Shown here: in pieces, positions 56,169 to 62,728 of the stretch
How positions within the stretch are numbered: the first letter of the stretch is position 1
Layout: each line of letters starts with the position of its first letter
Origin: a virus
Reading direction: 5' to 3' (one strand)
IMG/VR virus record: IMGVR_UViG_3300046804_003518
Span: 124,324-188,323 of that record
Length of the DNA stretch: 64,000 nucleotides
Notes under the pieces: generated by a model
Database searches by the model: none
What the model was told of the DNA's origin: nothing
The model's input: the letters and a program-made list of their open reading frames with translations, nothing else
Made by a program: the position numbers and the translations under genes

Positions 56169-56216
56169 TCTTATTTGCCCGACACCTCTGCCTCGTGTAC
56201 GTGTCGGCTGTCTTTT

Positions 56217-56265
56217 CTGTCTCTGATGAGTCCAAAGGGACGAAACGCTGTGAAGCGTCAGACAG
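56217..56265 (+). ncRNA. Hammerhead ribozyme (type I topology)
   Basis: Stem I CTGTCT/AGACAG; core CTGATGA; stem II GTCC-AAAG-GGAC; GAAA; stem III ACGCT-GTGA-AGCGT; GUC cleavage triplet at 56257-56259. Confidence 0.9.
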
Positions 56266-56275
56266 CAACTTACCT

Positions 56276-56443
56276 TATGGTGTAAAGTTTGCAATGAGCG
56301 ATAAAGAATAACAGGGGCATGCCATCTTATGCGAAGGGATGGAACAACATGTGTGACACTCGATCGCAGGTGCAGAGGTTAGAGTAATTCCAGCAAACCC
56401 GTAGTCGCATTACTGAGAGGCTGGCATCCAAAGCAAAACCATA
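56276..56443 (+). ncRNA. Candidate structured RNA downstream of the hammerhead
   Basis: Closing helices TATGGT/ACCATA and TTTGC/GCAAA; internal CCATC/GATGG, CCAGC/GCTGG. Confidence 0.45.
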
Positions 56444-56449
56444 CTTATT

Positions 56450-56523
56450 TGGGGGTTCGTCTAAAGGTAGGACGCAAGACTTTGACTCTTGCTATCGTGG
56501 TTCGAATCCATGACCCCCAACCA
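56450..56523 (+). tRNA. tRNA-Gln(TTG)
   Basis: U1-A72, loop CT-TTG-AC, CCA. Confidence 0.92.
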
Positions 56524-56537
56524 GTTTATTTTTATGT

Positions 56538-56623
56538 GGGCGAGCGGTGAAGTTGGAGAGTCACATCAGACTGTAAATCTGACGCCAATGGCTGAGTAGG
56601 TTCGAATCCTTCCTCTCCCACCA
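56538..56623 (+). tRNA. tRNA-Tyr(GTA)
   Basis: Loop CT-GTA-AA, long variable arm, ACCA; single mismatches in acceptor and T stems. Confidence 0.88.
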
Positions 56624-56629
56624 TATTTC

Positions 56630-56705
56630 GGGACTATAGCTCAGCTGGTAGAGCAAGATGCTTTTAACTTCGAGGTCGTGGGTTCGAGTCCCACTGGTCC
56701 CACCA
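56630..56705 (+). tRNA. tRNA-Lys(TTT)
   Basis: Loop CT-TTT-AA, ACCA; anticodon stem AGATG/CTTCG has two mismatches. Confidence 0.88.
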
Positions 56706-56710
56706 ACTAA

Positions 56711-56786
56711 GGGCCTATAGCATAACGGTTAATGCAGAGGACTCATAATCCTTTGAGTCTAGGTTCAAATCCTAGTGGGCCCACCA
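56711..56786 (+). tRNA. tRNA(CAT), Ile2 (lysidine)-type
   Basis: GGGCCTAT acceptor, GACTCATAATC anticodon arm like bacterial ileX. Confidence 0.85.
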
Positions 56787-56801
56787 ACAGTGAGGTAGAT
56801 A

Positions 56802-57206
56802 ATGGACACTAACGTAAGAACTTTAGCGAAGACTGCTACGTATAGAATAGCAACATTTGTCTTTACATTTGTTATAACTTATTTACTTACAGGCCAGCAA
56901 AACACATCTGCTGGTCTAGCTGTGCTATCAATTACACTTGGAGCACTGACGTTTATTATTCATGAAAGGATTTGGACTAGGGTCAAATGGGGTAACCTAG
57001 GTGGCTTTGACCGTAAGATTAGATCAGCCACTAAGACTGTTACCTATAGACTTTGGTCGCTGTTTATTGTCTTTATTCTTGGTCTAGCCTTTGGTCTAAA
57101 GGGCAACGAAGCGTTGACTCTTACTGTTGCATTGAATATAATGTACCTACTTACTCACTACACAAACGAAAGGTTGTGGAATAAGGTTAAGTGGGGAAAG
57201 AATTAA
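56802..57206 (+). CDS. Membrane protein with two tandem DUF2061-like repeats
   Basis: RTLAKTATYRI...HERIWTRVKWG and RSATKTVTYRL...NERLWNKVKWG; SD GAGGT. Confidence 0.75.
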   Translation: MDTNVRTLAKTATYRIATFVFTFVITYLLTGQQNTSAGLAVLSITLGALTFIIHERIWTRVKWGNLGGFDRKIRSATKTVTYRLWSLFIVFILGLAFGLKGNEALTLTVALNIMYLLTHYTNERLWNKVKWGKN

Positions 57207-57223
57207 TTTCGGAATAAACATAT

Positions 57224-57299
57224 CAGGGTGTAGCTCAATTGGTAGAGCGCTACGTTTGGGACGTAGAAGTTGGAGGTTCGAGTCCTCTCACCTTGACCA
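57224..57299 (+). tRNA. tRNA-Pro(TGG)
   Basis: C1-G72, loop TT-TGG-GA, ACCA. Confidence 0.93.
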
Positions 57300-57304
57300 T
57301 TTTT

Positions 57305-57389
57305 GCGATTGTGGTGGAATCGGTATACACAACAGACTTAAAATCTGTCGGCTTTGGCCATGTCGGTTCAAGTCCGACCAGTCGCACCA
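57305..57389 (+). tRNA. tRNA-Leu(TAA)
   Basis: Loop CT-TAA-AA, variable arm, ACCA. Confidence 0.93.
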
Positions 57390-57395
57390 TCTACT

Positions 57396-57472
57396 GGCCC
57401 CGTAGCTCAGCTGGATAGAGCATGAAGCTTCTACCTTCAATGTCGGGAGTTCGAATCTCTCCGGGGTCGCCA
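57396..57472 (+). tRNA. tRNA-Arg(TCT)
   Basis: Loop CT-TCT-AC, GCCA. Confidence 0.92.
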
Positions 57473-57486
57473 TATTAGGGTAACAT

Positions 57487-57843
57487 ATGAACAACATTAC
57501 ACAACAGCTTATCCTTGGATCTTTGTTTGCTCTATTCTGTATTGTATCTGTGTATACAATGGTCGGGTGGAGAGCAATTGCTGATTGTTACAGAAAGTTC
57601 TTTACAAAAGAATACTGGACCGACTACAATACTGTTGAATTGGCTAGCTGGCTTGCCAAGGCATTTATTATTGTTCCTGGTTTGATTTTTGGTATTCAGT
57701 TCTGGTGGTTATACATATTTACACTGTTTACTAGTCTTACATTAATCTGGGCTAGTAACAGAAAGCTGCTACCTACATTGGTTGGTTTTAATACAATTTG
57801 GGTGTGGCTATCTTGTATGGCTATTGTGGGACACTTTGTATGA
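57487..57843 (+). CDS. Membrane protein (4 TM)
   Basis: YNTVELASWLAKAFIIVPGLIFG...WASNRKLLPTLVGFNTIW. Confidence 0.7.
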   Translation: MNNITQQLILGSLFALFCIVSVYTMVGWRAIADCYRKFFTKEYWTDYNTVELASWLAKAFIIVPGLIFGIQFWWLYIFTLFTSLTLIWASNRKLLPTLVGFNTIWVWLSCMAIVGHFV

Positions 57844-59039
57844 CAAAAAGAATAGCAGTAATAGGAGCAGGAACAGCTGGTGCAATATCAGCTGGAATGT
57901 TCTTACGTCACTTTCCAGATGATGAAATACAATGGTATTTTGACTCAAGCATATCTCCCCAGGCAGTCGGCGAGGGGTCAAATCTAGGTGTTCCTAGAAT
58001 GCTTCTTAACACAGTCAATTTTAGATACCAAGACTTATTTGCAATCCAAGGAACAATTAAGATGGGGATTGCAAAATATAATTGGGGCTCAAAGAACAAT
58101 TACTTTTTTCACGACTTTGGTCCACCATTAGTTGGTTACCATTTCAATGCTGTTGGTTTACAACAACACATCTTATCTGTTATTAAAGACAAAGTAACTG
58201 TCATTGATAAGAATGTTACAAGAGATACGATTGATGCTGACTATGTTATTGATTGCTCTGGCAGACCAAAAACATTTGAAGATTACAATGTTCTAGATTG
58301 CATTCCTGTTAACTCAGTCCATGTTACACAATGCTTTTGGGATTATCCAAAGTTTGTCCACACATTGACAATTGCGAGGAAGCATGGTTGGGTATTTGGT
58401 ATACCTTTACAGAATAGGTGTTCAATTGGATACCTATTCAACAACAATATTAGTAGTCTTGAGGATGTGAAAGAAGATGTTAAGGAAGTGTTTGAGCAGT
58501 TTGGTCTCCAGCCAAGTGATACTACCAATACGTTTTCGTTTTCCTCATACTATAAAAAGGTAAACTACACTGACAGAGTTGCATTCAATGGCAACGCATC
58601 ATTCTTTTCTGAGCCACTAGAGGCCACAACAATTGGAAATATGGTTGAGGTCAATTCAAGAATGGTTCATATAATTAACAATAATCTTTCACCAGAAAAA
58701 GCCAACAAATTTTATAATGCCTTAAATAGGGGTGTCGGTGATATGATATCCCTACACTACTTTGCTGGCTCTACATTCAACACTCCATTTTGGAGCCATG
58801 CGTCAACATTGGCTACAGCTCAAATTAGGAAAGCGTGCCAGACAAGGACTTTCAGAAGAATGATTACAGCCGCAGTTGACCATATACTTGCAAACCAATC
58901 GTTTCCAAGTTTATTAGAGAAAGCAAAGACATTTCCAATTCCAGAGTGGGGAAGTTGGCCACTTGTGGCTTATTATACTAATATTCAAGGACTAGGTATT
59001 GTTGAACAGTTGAAGCAAGTCCTAGATGAAACAAAATAA
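57840..59039 (+). CDS. Flavin-dependent tryptophan-halogenase-like (PrnA family) oxidoreductase
   Basis: IAVIGAGTAG, VGEGS, YVIDCSG, GWVFGIPL, GNASFFSEPLEATTI; start moved to ATG 57840. Confidence 0.82.
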   Translation: MTKRIAVIGAGTAGAISAGMFLRHFPDDEIQWYFDSSISPQAVGEGSNLGVPRMLLNTVNFRYQDLFAIQGTIKMGIAKYNWGSKNNYFFHDFGPPLVGYHFNAVGLQQHILSVIKDKVTVIDKNVTRDTIDADYVIDCSGRPKTFEDYNVLDCIPVNSVHVTQCFWDYPKFVHTLTIARKHGWVFGIPLQNRCSIGYLFNNNISSLEDVKEDVKEVFEQFGLQPSDTTNTFSFSSYYKKVNYTDRVAFNGNASFFSEPLEATTIGNMVEVNSRMVHIINNNLSPEKANKFYNALNRGVGDMISLHYFAGSTFNTPFWSHASTLATAQIRKACQTRTFRRMITAAVDHILANQSFPSLLEKAKTFPIPEWGSWPLVAYYTNIQGLGIVEQLKQVLDETK

Positions 59040-59047
59040 GTTAGTTG

Positions 59048-59076
59048 TTGACTATATACATATCGTATAGTATTAT
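59048..59076 (+). promoter_or_regulatory. Sigma70 promoter for the second tRNA block
   Basis: TTGACT-17-TATTAT, about 10 nt upstream of tRNA-Thr. Confidence 0.75.
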
Positions 59077-59086
59077 ATCCCAACAC

Positions 59087-59162
59087 GCTCCTTTAGCTCA
59101 GCCGGTAGAGCAGTCGCCTTGTAAGCGACAGGTCGTCTGTTCGATTCAGACAGGGAGCACCA
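59087..59162 (+). tRNA. tRNA-Thr(TGT)
   Basis: Loop CT-TGT-AA, ACCA. Confidence 0.93.
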
Positions 59163-59173
59163 GTTTTAAGTTT

Positions 59174-59181
59174 TATAAATA
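59174..59181 (+). promoter_or_regulatory. T4-type late promoter
   Basis: TATAAATA upstream of a structured spacer and the initiator-like tRNA. Confidence 0.55.
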
Positions 59182-59299
59182 TGTCTTACCCGCCCTACCT
59201 TTCGGTGTAAGGTTTGTCGCATAGCGATGGGTATTTTTGTAAGTAGGAATCTAGGGCATAGTGCGCACTGTGTGACGATAGATGAACCGAGACCTTTAT

Positions 59300-59374
59300 T
59301 GCGGGGTAGAGAAGTGGAATCTCGTCAGCCTCATAAGCTGAAGATCGGTGGTTCAAATCCATCCCCCGCTACCA
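59300..59374 (+). tRNA. tRNA-Met(CAT), initiator-like
   Basis: 1:72 mismatch (T:T), GCGGGG/CCCCGC acceptor, loop CT-CAT-AA; anticodon stem TCAGC/GCTGA. Confidence 0.88.
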
Positions 59375-59381
59375 ACTTATT

Positions 59382-59654
59382 ATGACACTAGACCAATTCA
59401 ATAGCGTGTTTCCATTCGTGGCAAGTATTGCCATCATAATGAACATTCATAGACTATTGAGGGATAAAATAGTTAAGGGTATTCACCCATTCAGTCCTCT
59501 CATTGGATACGCTGGTCAGATCTCTGGAACTACTCTTCTCTATCATCTTGGTCAATACTACTCAGCAATAGCTGGTGCATGGTACACACTGTTGTCTTTG
59601 ACGTGGTATTGTATGATGATATACTATAACTTTTATAAGAAAGCGCCTGGTTAG
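59382..59654 (+). CDS. Small membrane protein (PQ-loop-like)
   Basis: NIHRLLRDKIVKGIHP plus hydrophobic helices. Confidence 0.6.
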   Translation: MTLDQFNSVFPFVASIAIIMNIHRLLRDKIVKGIHPFSPLIGYAGQISGTTLLYHLGQYYSAIAGAWYTLLSLTWYCMMIYYNFYKKAPG

Positions 59655-59665
59655 CTCAGCTGGTA
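59645..59665 (+). pseudogene. 5' remnant of a tRNA gene (acceptor strand + part of D arm)
   Basis: GCCTGGT-TA-GCTCAGCTGGTA then abrupt switch to the HNH leader. Confidence 0.6.
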
Positions 59666-59670
59666 AAATG

Positions 59671-59702
59671 GTAGACCTTATAAATATAAGGAGGAGGTCT
59701 AC
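59671..59702 (+). promoter_or_regulatory. RBS-sequestering hairpin containing a late promoter
   Basis: GTAGACCT...AGGTCTAC stem with inner CCTTAT/ATAAGG; TATAAATA at 59679-59686; SD AAGGAGG in the 3' arm; ATG at 59704. Confidence 0.8.
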
Positions 59703-59703
59703 T

Positions 59704-60126
59704 ATGAACACGTACAATTGTTTGCATTGCAATAAACAATGCAAGAAGGGATATAGCAAAAAGAATAAGTTTTGCAGCAACGCGTGCCAAGGGAAACACA
59801 AGTGGGTTTGCGAAACAGTTCCCAGAATAGAACGTGGTGAATGTAGCGAGGCTCCAACACTTGCCAAATATCTAATTGAACAGCATGGCAAAAGATGTAA
59901 GGGGTGCGGCATAGGCGATATATGGAATGGTAAGCCACTTACATTACAAGTGGACCATATCGATGGTAACAGTGACAACAACCAAGTTATTAATCTAAGA
60001 CTACTATGTCCCAATTGCCATACACAAACAGAAACATATGGTAGTAAAGGTCTAGGCAATAGGTACAGAAAAGGTACTAGACGGAATACATACAAAAGAG
60101 ATTATCATAAAGCACGGATGGTCTGA
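59704..60126 (+). CDS. HNH homing endonuclease
   Basis: CLHC..C...FCSNAC; CKGCG...LQVDHIDGNSDNNQVINLRLLCPNCH. Confidence 0.92.
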   Translation: MNTYNCLHCNKQCKKGYSKKNKFCSNACQGKHKWVCETVPRIERGECSEAPTLAKYLIEQHGKRCKGCGIGDIWNGKPLTLQVDHIDGNSDNNQVINLRLLCPNCHTQTETYGSKGLGNRYRKGTRRNTYKRDYHKARMV

Positions 60127-60187
60127 GAGGTCAAGCGTCACCTTTACACGGTGAATTATGTAGGTTCGAGTCCTACTCCGTGCACCA
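60112..60187 (+). tRNA. tRNA-Val(TAC)
   Basis: GCACGGA/TCCGTGC, loop TT-TAC-AC, ACCA; overlaps the HNH stop codon. Confidence 0.9.
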
Positions 60188-60293
60188 ACCAATTAATAGC
60201 CTCGTACTGTTCAGGCAAGTGGGGCAAAGGCCGGTGGACTCGCGGCGCCAAGCACGAAAAAGGCCTTGGCCAACATGAGTCCTTCTTTCTATT

Positions 60294-60381
60294 GGAAGGT
60301 TGCTAGAGAGGCCTATTAGCGCTCTTTGCTAAAGAGATGGATGTAACAGTCACGTAGGTTCGAATCCTACACCTTCCGCCA
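60294..60381 (+). tRNA. tRNA-Ser(GCT)
   Basis: Loop TT-GCT-AA, long variable arm, GCCA. Confidence 0.9.
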
Positions 60382-60382
60382 T

Positions 60383-60458
60383 AGCAGTGTAGCATAGTGG
60401 CTAATGCGCCTCCTTCATACGGAGTCTATCGTCAGTTCGAGTCTGACCACTGCTACCA
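60383..60458 (+). tRNA. tRNA-Met(CAT), elongator-like
   Basis: AGCAGTG/CACTGCT, loop TT-CAT-AC, ACCA. Confidence 0.88.
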
Positions 60459-60463
60459 TTTTT

Positions 60464-60540
60464 ACCCTCTTAGTTCAGTGGATTAGAACGCAACGCTACG
60501 GACGTTGAGGTCGGGAGTTCAAGTCTCTCAGAGGGTGCCA
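60464..60540 (+). tRNA. tRNA-Arg(ACG)
   Basis: Loop CT-ACG-GA, GCCA. Confidence 0.92.
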
Positions 60541-60544
60541 GTAT

Positions 60545-60621
60545 GCGGGTAGATAGGACAAGGGGCGTCCAGCAGCCTTCCAAGCTGACAATGCGGAGTT
60601 CGACTCTCCCTACCCGCTCCA
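60545..60621 (+). tRNA. tRNA-Gly(TCC), atypical D arm
   Basis: GCGGGTA/TACCCGC-TCCA, loop CT-TCC-AA. Confidence 0.82.
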
Positions 60622-60623
60622 AT

Positions 60624-60700
60624 GGTGGCTGTCGTCAAGTGGTTAAGACCATGGATTGTGATTCCATTATTCGTGGGTTCGAATCCCACCAGTCACCCCA
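60624..60700 (+). tRNA. tRNA-His(GTG) with encoded G-1
   Basis: G-1:C73, loop TT-GTG-AT, CCA. Confidence 0.92.
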
Positions 60701-60715
60701 TATACATATAAGATC

Positions 60716-60791
60716 GGGACCATAGCTCAGTTGGTAGAGCAAACGCTTGATAAGCGTTAGGTCACTGGTTCAAGCCCAGTTGGTCCCACCA
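60716..60791 (+). tRNA. tRNA-Ile(GAT)
   Basis: Loop TT-GAT-AA, ACCA. Confidence 0.93.
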
Positions 60792-60814
60792 CCTTTAAGG
60801 TCTTACTATTTGCA

Positions 60815-61501
60815 ATGAACAGTATAAAAACATTTACAATTGATCAGCAACTAGCAGACCAGCTAGAGCAAGAAGTTATAACGAGTAGTATACCAAAATA
60901 CACTTACCTTAAAAGAACAGCTGAATATCCTTACAACAATAGAAGTCCTACAGCTGGTGGTATGAAAATAATACATGCCCAAGGATTCACCAACGGTGTC
61001 TATACAATGCATAGACACTTCCCCCTCCATGGTTCGTTTGAAGATATGCTAAAGAAAGACCCAACGAATACAGCTGTGGTCGCTCCTAGCATTGCCAATA
61101 TAACTTTTCATCTGAGAGAAAGATTTTTAGATCCTTCATATGATGTCGTAAGAGTCTATGCTAATATTATGACAATTGGAGTAGAGTATGGGGTGCTTGA
61201 TCCCCATCCAGACCTCAAGGATCCAGATGCAGTGACATTTCTTTACTATGTTATTGATAGTGATGGGGATACGTTTATCTTTGATGAAAAAGAAGACAAA
61301 GTGGTCTCTAGGCATTCGCCTAAAAAGGGAACAGGAATAATGTACCCATCATCAACTATTCATGCTGCCTCTGTGCCAATGAAGCACGAAATCAGATCGG
61401 CATTGAATATCATATACGGTAAGAATTATTATAAAAGATTTGGTCAAAATGTTATAGATCAATATAACCAACACCGTGTGAAACAAACAAGACGACGCTA
61501 A
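60815..61501 (+). CDS. 2OG-Fe(II) oxygenase
   Basis: PHPD, TFLYYVIDSDGDT, PKKGTGIMYPSSTIHAAS, R. Confidence 0.8.
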   Translation: MNSIKTFTIDQQLADQLEQEVITSSIPKYTYLKRTAEYPYNNRSPTAGGMKIIHAQGFTNGVYTMHRHFPLHGSFEDMLKKDPTNTAVVAPSIANITFHLRERFLDPSYDVVRVYANIMTIGVEYGVLDPHPDLKDPDAVTFLYYVIDSDGDTFIFDEKEDKVVSRHSPKKGTGIMYPSSTIHAASVPMKHEIRSALNIIYGKNYYKRFGQNVIDQYNQHRVKQTRRR

Positions 61502-61510
61502 GGAGTAGTT

Positions 61511-62092
61511 ATGGCATACCTACCAGAGTATTTGGCATTTGTAACAGAAGCAATTAGGCTCGAGTTCTTTCAGCCTAATGGACTATGGATGTTTGAGCTT
61601 GGTAATCAAAGATTTATTGGTGGTCAGTTTACAACAGGCAAAGAACATTTTGAAAATCTTGGCATGGCCCACACATCAGTGGACTTGAATGGAGAGGATG
61701 GTGCCCTACCTCTTGATCTAAGATGTCCAGAAATGTTCTACAAATTTAGATGTAAGTATGATGTTCTTACCAACCTTGGTACCACAGAGCATGTGGAGCC
61801 AATTGAAAAGCAATACGAATGCTTTTCTATTGTCCACGACGTTGTCAAACCAGGTGGTATTATGATTCACATGGTTCCTGATGTCGAAGAGCTAGACAAC
61901 TCAGGAGCATGGAATGGGCATTGTAATGTATACTATAGAAAAGAATTTTTTGATAAGTTAGCTGAGCATTGTGACTATACAGTACTAGAGAATAAAGTTA
62001 TATTTGGTTTAAGGTCTGTTGTCCTGAGAAAGGAAAATGCAATAGGATTTACTACTAACACTGATATCTTTAACCTAATTGAATATCGATGA
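61511..62092 (+). CDS. SAM-dependent methyltransferase-like protein
   Basis: MFELGNQ, SVDLNG, YDVLTNLGTTEHV, VKPGGIMIH. Confidence 0.75.
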   Translation: MAYLPEYLAFVTEAIRLEFFQPNGLWMFELGNQRFIGGQFTTGKEHFENLGMAHTSVDLNGEDGALPLDLRCPEMFYKFRCKYDVLTNLGTTEHVEPIEKQYECFSIVHDVVKPGGIMIHMVPDVEELDNSGAWNGHCNVYYRKEFFDKLAEHCDYTVLENKVIFGLRSVVLRKENAIGFTTNTDIFNLIEYR

Positions 62093-62727
62093 TGAAGCCT
62101 TTTACTGTACCCAATGAACTAGCCAATAAGTTAGAAAGTGATGCAATGCATCTACTTACTACAAACAAACCAGTATGGAGACTACTTACTGGAATGGAAA
62201 ATTATAGTCCAATGGAATTAGCTAGACGTAAGGTACTTAGTGAGGCAGTAAATATACCACTGAAAGAACCAACGTGCCTCTTTGATCCAATTTATTATTC
62301 ATCAAGAGACTATCAGTCGCATGGTACCTTTGAGCGGATGGTTAAAAAGGTACCTCCGGCTATTCCAAGTATTGTAAATTTAGTTAATTATCTTCGTGAT
62401 GCATATCTTGATCCTTCATATGATTTGTGTAGGCTATATGTTAACCTATTATCGAAGGCACCAAGAACTCTATTTCCTCCCCACATGGATTGGAATAAAG
62501 ATGGTAGTTATACTTTCCTCTATTATATTATAGATAGTGATGGCGAGACATTTGTGTTTGATAAAGATACAAATCAAGTAGCAGGGCAGGCGTTGCCTAA
62601 GAAGGGGACAGGAATTTATTTCCCTTCATCAACTATCCACGCCGCATCAACACCAGTGGTCTCAGAAGTTCGTCTTGTAGCCAATGTTGTCTTTTGTAAA
62701 GACTTCTTCAAACAGAACAAGATGTAA
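62089..62727 (+). CDS. 2OG-Fe(II) oxygenase
   Basis: PHMD, TFLYYIIDSDGET, PKKGTGIYFPSSTIHAAS, RLVAN. Confidence 0.8.
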   Translation: MMKPFTVPNELANKLESDAMHLLTTNKPVWRLLTGMENYSPMELARRKVLSEAVNIPLKEPTCLFDPIYYSSRDYQSHGTFERMVKKVPPAIPSIVNLVNYLRDAYLDPSYDLCRLYVNLLSKAPRTLFPPHMDWNKDGSYTFLYYIIDSDGETFVFDKDTNQVAGQALPKKGTGIYFPSSTIHAASTPVVSEVRLVANVVFCKDFFKQNKM

Positions 62728-62728
62728 T

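Noticed and set aside
56177-56208. HDV-like/theta ribozyme (CCGACAC/GTGTCGG helix with a CCTCGT loop)
   Set aside because: Only 15 nt lie between the P1 strands, too few for P2+P3+L3, and no P4/J4-2/P2 completion follows.
59645-60187. Group I intron with HNH interrupting a tRNA
   Set aside because: The downstream tRNA-Val is complete on its own, its 3' acceptor strand does not pair with the upstream remnant, and no group I core (P7, terminal G) is evident.
55519-60725. ORFs overlapping tRNA genes (55519, 55944, 57288, 59562, 60543)
   Set aside because: Translations of tRNA/ncRNA sequence (typical antisense-tRNA peptides).
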